This document shows, piece after piece, positions 58,010 through 64,000 of a stretch of DNA of 64,000 bases (positions within the stretch are counted from its first letter, which is position 1; each line of letters starts with the position of its first letter). The notes beneath the pieces are model-generated. The model did no database searches. It worked only from the letters and a program-made list of their open reading frames with translations, and had not been told where the DNA came from. The stretch comes from Roseateles depolymerans (GTDB lineage: Bacteria > Pseudomonadota > Gammaproteobacteria > Burkholderiales > Burkholderiaceae_C), in the NCBI GenBank assembly GCA_003241055.1, contig QFOD01000011.1, positions 75,771-139,770 on the forward strand, in the 5' to 3' direction. Both the position numbers and the translations under genes were made by a program.

Positions 58010-58012
58010 GCC

Positions 58013-59380
58013 ATGAAGGCACGGTACTGGTGGTTCAGGCTGCAGCGCGAGCTGGCGGACTGGCGTCTGTGGCTGACGCGGGCGCTGGTCATCGCGTTTG
58101 CGGCGCTGGCGGGGCTGAGCATCGTCGCCTTTTCCTGGCTGGGTGACTGGGCGCTGGAGCGCTTCTTCGAGCTGCGTGGCCGTTGGGCCTGGGCGCCGCT
58201 GATCTGGACGCCGCTGTGCACGCTGGCCATCGTGGCGCTGACCCGGCGCTACTGGCCGGGGGCGGGCGGCTCCGGCATTCCGCAGGTGATGGCGGCGCTC
58301 GACCCGGCCGTGCCGGCCGAGCAGCGAGGTCTGTACGTGTCCTTGCGGTTGTCGCTGGCCAAGGTGCTGCTGACCTCCTGGGGCCTGCTGGGCGGGCTGT
58401 CACTGGGCCGGGAAGGCCCTTCGGTGCAGGTGGCGGCGGGCGTCATGCACGCGGCAAGGCGCTGGCTGCCGGAGCGCACCGCGGTCAGCGCGCACGGGCT
58501 GCTGGTGGCTGGCGGTGCGGCCGGTATCGCGGCCGCCTTCAACACGCCGCTGGGCGGCGTGATGTTCGCCATCGAGGAGCTCAGCGGGCGCCCCGAGCAG
58601 CGCAGCAGCGGGCTGCTGATCGCCGGTATCGTGCTGGCGGGCCTGGTGGGCGCGTCCATCAACGGCAATGGCACCTACTTCGGCGTGATCCGGGTGCAGG
58701 CGCTGGGTTGGTCGCTGCTGTGGCCGGGCCTGCTGCTGGCCGTGGGCTGTGGCCTGTTTGGCGGGCTGTTCTCGCGACTGATGATCAACGGCCTGCGCGG
58801 GGACGGGCGTGACCTGTGGAGCCGCTGGCGCCGCGCGCGGCCACTGAGCTTCGCGCTGGGCTGCGGATTCGCGGTGGCGCTCATCGGTTTCGTGTCGGGC
58901 GGCGCCACCTTCGGCAGCGGTTACGGCTACACGCAGGCCCTGCTGCACGGCGGCTCGCTGGTAGATGGGCTGTACGCGCCGCTCAAGCTGCTGGCCACCT
59001 GGCTGACCGCCTGGTCGGGCGTGCCGGCCGGCATCTTTGCGCCCTCGCTGGCGATAGGCGCGGCCTGGGGGGCGGACGTGGCCGCACTGCTGGGCCAGCC
59101 GCAGGCGCCGGCGCTGATCGCGCTGGGCATGGTGGGCTTTCTGGCTGCCACCACCCAGGCGCCGCTGACGGCCTTTATCATCGTGATGGAGATGGTGGAC
59201 GGCCATGCGATGGTGCTCAGCCTGATGGCCTGCGCGCTGATCGCCAGCGGCGTGTCGCGGCTGATCTCGCCACCGCTGTACCGGGCGTTGACCCAGCTGC
59301 AGCTCGCGCGGTTGCCGGCCCGCGCGAGCGCGCAGGCAGCTCAGGCGCCCAGTTCCAGCACCTCGGCCAGCAGCTCGTAG
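58013..59380 (+). CDS. ClC-family Cl-/H+ transporter
   Basis: GSGIP, GREGP, FAIEEL, GIFAP. Confidence 0.92.
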   Translation: MKARYWWFRLQRELADWRLWLTRALVIAFAALAGLSIVAFSWLGDWALERFFELRGRWAWAPLIWTPLCTLAIVALTRRYWPGAGGSGIPQVMAALDPAVPAEQRGLYVSLRLSLAKVLLTSWGLLGGLSLGREGPSVQVAAGVMHAARRWLPERTAVSAHGLLVAGGAAGIAAAFNTPLGGVMFAIEELSGRPEQRSSGLLIAGIVLAGLVGASINGNGTYFGVIRVQALGWSLLWPGLLLAVGCGLFGGLFSRLMINGLRGDGRDLWSRWRRARPLSFALGCGFAVALIGFVSGGATFGSGYGYTQALLHGGSLVDGLYAPLKLLATWLTAWSGVPAGIFAPSLAIGAAWGADVAALLGQPQAPALIALGMVGFLAATTQAPLTAFIIVMEMVDGHAMVLSLMACALIASGVSRLISPPLYRALTQLQLARLPARASAQAAQAPSSSTSASSS

Positions 59381-60345
59381 GAGCGGCGCCGCGCGCCGTG
59401 GTCGTGCAGCGCGCTGGCAACGATGAACTCGTCCACTCCCGTGCGCTCGGCCGTCGCCAGCAGCTGCGCGCGCACGCTCTGCGGTGTGCCGATGACCGAC
59501 TCGGCCAGCATGCGCTGCACCTGTTGTGCCTCGGTCGGGGTCCAGAGATCGTCCATGCTCGCCACCGGCGCGGGCAGCTTGCCGCGCCGGCCGCGCACCA
59601 TGCCCAGGAAGCGCTGCTGCAGCGAGGTAAAGAGGCGCTGCGCCTCGGCCTCGCTGTCGGCCACGACGACATTGATGCCCATGGCCGCGTAGGCGCGCGG
59701 GTGGGCCTCGTTGGGCCGGTAGGTGGCGCGGTAGATGTGCAGCGCCTGCATCAGGAAGTCCGGCGCGAAATGCGACGCGAACGCGAAGGGCAGGCCCAGG
59801 TGCGCGGCCAGCTGGGCGCCGTAGAGGCTGGAGCCCAGCAGCCAGATCGGCACATTCGTGCCCTGGCCGGGCACGGCCTGCACCAGCGCGTGCGGCGCAG
59901 CCGGCGCGAGGAAGGCCTGCAGCTCCTGCACATCCTCGGGGAAGCTGTCGGTGCCGCGCGTGTCCAGGCTGCGGCGCAGCGCGCGCATGGTGGGCTGGTC
60001 GGTGCCGGGCGCGCGGCCCAGCCCGAGGTCGATGCGGCCGGGGAACAGCTCGGCCAGCGTGCCGAACTGCTCCGCAATCGTCAGCGGCGCGTGGTTGGGC
60101 AGCATGATGCCGCCCGCGCCCACGCGGATGCGCCGGGTCACGGCCGCGAGTTGGCCGATCAGCACGGCCGTGGCGGAACTGGCCACGCCTTCCATGTTGT
60201 GGTGCTCGGCCACCCAGTAGCGGGTGTAGCCGAGGCCATCGGCCAGGCGGGCCAGGTCCAGGCTGTTCAGCAGCGCGTCGCGGGTGCTGGCGCCGTCGAC
60301 GACGGGGGCCAGATCAAGAATGGAGAGCAGGGGCATGGCAGACAT
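59341..60345 (-). CDS. Luciferase-like (LLM) flavin-dependent oxidoreductase
   Basis: [37 protein letters not shown]. Confidence 0.92.
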   Translation of the reverse strand: MSAMPLLSILDLAPVVDGASTRDALLNSLDLARLADGLGYTRYWVAEHHNMEGVASSATAVLIGQLAAVTRRIRVGAGGIMLPNHAPLTIAEQFGTLAELFPGRIDLGLGRAPGTDQPTMRALRRSLDTRGTDSFPEDVQELQAFLAPAAPHALVQAVPGQGTNVPIWLLGSSLYGAQLAAHLGLPFAFASHFAPDFLMQALHIYRATYRPNEAHPRAYAAMGINVVVADSEAEAQRLFTSLQQRFLGMVRGRRGKLPAPVASMDDLWTPTEAQQVQRMLAESVIGTPQSVRAQLLATAERTGVDEFIVASALHDHGARRRSYELLAEVLELGA

Positions 60346-60378
60346 GCGGCCATCTTGCCGCTGCCACCCCGGCCCTTG

Positions 60379-61251
60379 TCAGGCCGGGGCTTTGCGCAAC
60401 TGGCGCAGCAGCCATTGACCGACGAAGCCCTCGTAGGTGGGGGCATCGAAGGCGTGCAGGTCCTGGTGCGCGGCGCCGGGCACGGGCCACAGGGTCTTGT
60501 CGCCGCCCGCCTGCGCGAACAGTCGTTCGGTTTCGGGCCAGCGGGTGTGCTCGTCGCGGGTGCCGGACGCGATCAGCAGCGGCGCGCGCACGCCGGCCAC
60601 GGCGTCGATGGGGCGCAGCTGCGAGCGATCCAGCGACAGCCGCATCGGCAGCTGCGCCAGCAGCAGCGGCGACAGCAGCTGTGCGGCCGGATCGCCCAGC
60701 CGCATCGCCAGCCGGTCACGCACGGCGTCGTCGATGCTGGGGTAGACCGACTCCAGCACCAGCGCGTCCAGCTCGGGCTGGCGCTGCGCGAACAGCAGCG
60801 CCGCACCGCCCAGCGACACGCCCACCGCGCCGATGCGCTCGCCCGGGAGGCGGGTTCGCAGCCAGGCCAGCGCGGCCTCGGTGGCCCTTGCTTCGCGGCG
60901 GCCGAACGTGATGCGGTCGCCATCGCTCTCGCCGTGCGAGGGCATGTCGATCAGCAGGCTGGCCAGCCCCTGACGCTGCAGCCAGCGGGCGCGGGCGAGC
61001 ATCTGCAGCCGGTTGCTGCGCACGCCGTGCTGCAACAGCACCGCGCCTTGGCCGGTGCGGCCGGATACGAACCATCCGCTGACTGCAAGCCCGTCGGCAC
61101 TGCGGAACCGCACGACCTCGGCGCCGGCCATGTCAGGCGGCGGTGCCCCTACGGGCTGCCTTGCCGGGCGGGTCAGCCACTCGCCGGCCGCCAGGCTCAG
61201 GCCGACGACGGCCAGCGCGACGAGGGCGGCAGCAATGGCGAGACGCTTCAT
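60379..61251 (-). CDS. Alpha/beta hydrolase
   Basis: N-terminal TM, HGESDG, GVSLGG nucleophile, GTRD, GAAH. Confidence 0.88.
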   Translation of the reverse strand: MKRLAIAAALVALAVVGLSLAAGEWLTRPARQPVGAPPPDMAGAEVVRFRSADGLAVSGWFVSGRTGQGAVLLQHGVRSNRLQMLARARWLQRQGLASLLIDMPSHGESDGDRITFGRREARATEAALAWLRTRLPGERIGAVGVSLGGAALLFAQRQPELDALVLESVYPSIDDAVRDRLAMRLGDPAAQLLSPLLLAQLPMRLSLDRSQLRPIDAVAGVRAPLLIASGTRDEHTRWPETERLFAQAGGDKTLWPVPGAAHQDLHAFDAPTYEGFVGQWLLRQLRKAPA

Positions 61252-61317
61252 GCGCGACACAGCCTGGTGGGCAGCTTGAAGGGGCCTGGGACTGTGACGA
61301 GGGCGTCGACGCGCATG

Positions 61318-62031
61318 TCAGCCGGCGAGGCCGGCGTAGACGTGCTGCACGTCGTCGTTGTCGTCCATGGCGGCGAGGAAGCTCTCCACCTCGTCCAGCT
61401 GTTCGGCGCTCAGGCTGGCTGCGGCGACCGGGTTCTTGGGCCGGTAGCCCAGCTTGGCGCTGAGCACCGTGAAGCCGTGGGCGGGCAGGGCTCGGCTGAC
61501 GAGGTCGAGGTCCGCCGGGTCGGTGAGGAACAGCGTGATGCCGTCTTCGTCGGCCGGCACCAGGTCTTGCGCGCCGGCCTCGATGGCGGCCATGTCGGCG
61601 TCCGCGTCGGGCGTGGCGGGCTCGGCTTCGATGAGGCCCAGGTGGTCGAAGTCCCAGCTCACCGAGCCCGGCGTGCCCTGCTGGCCCTTGCGGAACAGCA
61701 CGCGCATGTCGGATGCGGCGCGGTTGGTGTTGTCGGTCAGCACCTCCACCATCACCGGCACACGGTGCGGCGCAAAGCCTTCGTAGATGACCTGCTCGAA
61801 GTGCACGGTCTCGCCGGTCAGCCCGGCGCCCTTCTTGATGGCGCGGTCCAGCGTGTCCTTGGGCATGGACACCTTGCGGGCGGCTTCCACCGCCATGCGC
61901 AGCTTGGCGTTGTCCTTGGGGTCAGCGCCACTGCGCGCCGCGATCATGATGTCCTTGGCCAGCTTGCCGAAGAGCTTGCCCTTCGCGTTGGCGGCGATGT
62001 CTTTGTGTTTGGCTTTCCACTGCGCGCCCAT
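61318..62031 (-). CDS. YebC/PmpR family protein
   Basis: [37 protein letters not shown]. Confidence 0.92.
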   Translation of the reverse strand: MGAQWKAKHKDIAANAKGKLFGKLAKDIMIAARSGADPKDNAKLRMAVEAARKVSMPKDTLDRAIKKGAGLTGETVHFEQVIYEGFAPHRVPVMVEVLTDNTNRAASDMRVLFRKGQQGTPGSVSWDFDHLGLIEAEPATPDADADMAAIEAGAQDLVPADEDGITLFLTDPADLDLVSRALPAHGFTVLSAKLGYRPKNPVAAASLSAEQLDEVESFLAAMDDNDDVQHVYAGLAG

Positions 62032-62137
62032 GGCGTGTCCTGAATGTCGAGTTGGCCCTGCGAGGTGCTGAGGGCAGGGCCGCTACTTTAAGGCGAGGGC
62101 CGGCTTGCCGACGTGATGGCGTGCTTTGCGCGCTGCG

Positions 62138-63268
62138 CTAGTCCGAACTCCCCAGCGTCGCCACCACCTTTCTCGTCTGCCCCGCCCGCCAGACGCTCAG
62201 CGTCACGCGCTCGCCGATCTGGCGCTGCTCGATCAGCGACAGCATGTCGTCCAGGTCGGCCACCGGCTGGCCATCGACCGCCGTGATGACGTCCCCGGCC
62301 ACGATGCGGCCGTTGCGGTCGCGCGCATAGGCCTGCAGGCCCGCGCGGGCGGCGGGGCCGCCACTGGCCACGCCCACCAGCAGCACGCCCTTGGGCGCGC
62401 CCAGAGCCTGGGCCAGGTTGGCGGCGCCGGAGGTGACGCCCAGCACCGGTCGGATGAAGCGGCCATCGCGGATCAGCCGCGGCACGATGCGGTTGACCTC
62501 GTCCACCGGAATGGCGAAACCGATGCCGGCGCTCGCGCCGCTGGGGCTGTAGATGGAGGTGTTCACGCCGATCAGCCGCCCCGCTGAGTCCAGCAGCGGG
62601 CCGCCGGAGTTGCCGGGATTGATGGCCGCATCGGTCTGGATGGCGCCGCGTATCGTGCGCCGCGTGACCGATTCGATCTCGCGGTTCAGCGCCGACACCA
62701 GGCCGGTGGTGAGGGTCTGGTCCAGCCCGAAGGGGTTGCCGATGGCATAGACCTTCTGGCCCACCTGCAGCTCGCGGCTGCTGCCGATGGCGATGGGCGC
62801 GAGCTTCTCGCGCGGCGCGTCGATGCGTAGCACCGCGAGGTCGCGGTCGGGGAAGGAGCCCACCAGCTTGGCCGGATGCACGCTCTGGTCGGACAGTGTG
62901 ACGGTGGCGGCGCTGCCGCCCTGGATCACGTGGAAGTTGGTGACGATGTGGCCGGCCTCGTCCCAGATGAAGCCGCTGCCCGTGCCTTGCGGCTGCTCGG
63001 TGATGCGCATCGAGAAGAGGTCGCGCTGGTAGGCCAGTGTCGTGATGTGCACGACCGAGGGCGAGGTCTTCCTGAAGACGTTGATGTTGTTGGTTTCCTC
63101 GGCATCCAGCGGGCCGCGCGGGGTGACCGGGCGGGGCTGGGCGGCGGATGCCGCATGAACCGGCAGGCTGCCGGTCGCGGCGAGCAGGGCGCCGAGCGAG
63201 GCCGCAAGCAGCGCGGTGCGGCGGGAGGGCGAGCGTGGCGGGGAGGGCAGGCGGAGCAGACGGAGCAC
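62138..63268 (-). CDS. S1C (DegP/HhoA-like) serine protease with a single PDZ domain
   Basis: VTNFHV, DLAVL, DAAINPGNSGGPL; start uncertain. Confidence 0.92.
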   Translation of the reverse strand: MLRLLRLPSPPRSPSRRTALLAASLGALLAATGSLPVHAASAAQPRPVTPRGPLDAEETNNINVFRKTSPSVVHITTLAYQRDLFSMRITEQPQGTGSGFIWDEAGHIVTNFHVIQGGSAATVTLSDQSVHPAKLVGSFPDRDLAVLRIDAPREKLAPIAIGSSRELQVGQKVYAIGNPFGLDQTLTTGLVSALNREIESVTRRTIRGAIQTDAAINPGNSGGPLLDSAGRLIGVNTSIYSPSGASAGIGFAIPVDEVNRIVPRLIRDGRFIRPVLGVTSGAANLAQALGAPKGVLLVGVASGGPAARAGLQAYARDRNGRIVAGDVITAVDGQPVADLDDMLSLIEQRQIGERVTLSVWRAGQTRKVVATLGSSD

Positions 63269-63379
63269 GGGGGCAAAAAGGGGCAGCCGACGACAGCGCG
63301 CATTTTGAAGCCAGCAGCAAGCCCGAGTCGGGACGTCGGTGCTGCCCTAGACTGCCCGCGCTCCATCACCCGCTCTCCC

Positions 63380-64000
63380 GTGAACCGCTCTGACCGCCTT
63401 GATGCCCTGCGTGGGGTCGCCATCGTCTGGATGGCGATCTACCACTTTTGTTTTGATCTCAATCACCAGGGCTGGTGGCATCAGAACTTCTATCGCGACC
63501 CGTTCTGGACGCTGCAGCGCACTGTCATCGTCAGCCTGTTCCTGTTCTGCGCCGGTGGCGGGCAGGCCATGGCCGTGCTGGCCGGCCAGAGCGCCGCACG
63601 TTTCTGGCGGCGCTGGGCGCAGATTGCCGGCTGCGCGCTCGCGGTGTCGGCAGGTTCGGCGTGGATGTTCCCGAACAGCTGGATCAGCTTCGGCGTGCTG
63701 CACGGCATTGCCGTGATGCTGGTGCTGCTGCGCCTGGGCCTGAGCCGCGCCGCCGTGCCCTGGCTGCTGGCGCTGGCCGGCGCGGCGCTGCTGGCGCCCC
63801 AGGTGCTGAGCCATGCATGGTTCGACACGCGCTGGACCAACTGGCTGGGTCTGGTCACGCACAAGCCCATCACCGAGGACTACGTGCCGGTGCTGCCCTG
63901 GCTGGGCGTGATGCTGCTGGGCTTTGTCGTCACGCGCCGGTGGCCCCGCCTGTGGTCGGGCGGCGTCATGGGCGGTCTGCGTCCGCTGGCGGTGCTGGGG
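63380..64000 (+). CDS. DUF1624 / HGSNAT-like membrane protein (runs off the window end)
   Basis: Manual translation: VNRSDRLDALRGVAIVWMAIYHFCFDL...ISFGVLHGIA...TEDYVPVLPWLG; absent from the ORF track because it is truncated. Confidence 0.8.
   Translation, partial: MNRSDRLDALRGVAIVWMAIYHFCFDLNHQGWWHQNFYRDPFWTLQRTVIVSLFLFCAGGGQAMAVLAGQSAARFWRRWAQIAGCALAVSAGSAWMFPNSWISFGVLHGIAVMLVLLRLGLSRAAVPWLLALAGAALLAPQVLSHAWFDTRWTNWLGLVTHKPITEDYVPVLPWLGVMLLGFVVTRRWPRLWSGGVMGGLRPLAVLG

Noticed and set aside
58013..59380. ClC as a fluoride exporter with a fluoride riboswitch
   Set aside because: Has canonical GSGIP/GREGP rather than CLC-F signatures; no crcB-riboswitch consensus upstream
58816..62043. 1075-aa plus-strand ORF
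   Set aside because: Off-frame to ClC and antisense to the LLM, hydrolase and yebC genes; no recognisable domain

Overview
GC-rich betaproteobacterial (Burkholderiales-like, inferred from gene content and synteny) chromosomal window. It is mostly housekeeping: cysM, galU, valS, guaC, sbcB, the acnB-mdh-gntR-sdhCDAB-sdhE-gltA TCA cluster, purL and cyoABCD-surf1-regBA. Interspersed are accessory signalling and secreted-protein genes. I saw no rRNA, tRNA, CRISPR array, integrase or transposase. The best candidate for an undescribed system is the guaC leader. An intrinsic terminator begins exactly in the transcription-start window (A6-C7-C8-G9 after a TAGAAT -10), which suggests ATP/GTP-ratio sensing by start-site selection coupled to attenuation. 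Other points of note: a vapBC toxin-antitoxin pair that appears to supply the promoter for acnB; a deletion scar joining the 3' remnants of a merR gene and a divergent flavin oxidoreductase; a secreted PLD3/PLD4-like protein; a degenerate GGDEF protein with an intact I-site next to a minimal orphan flagellar-rod-like protein; and several operator-like repeats. All product calls come from motif recognition by eye, not database searches.
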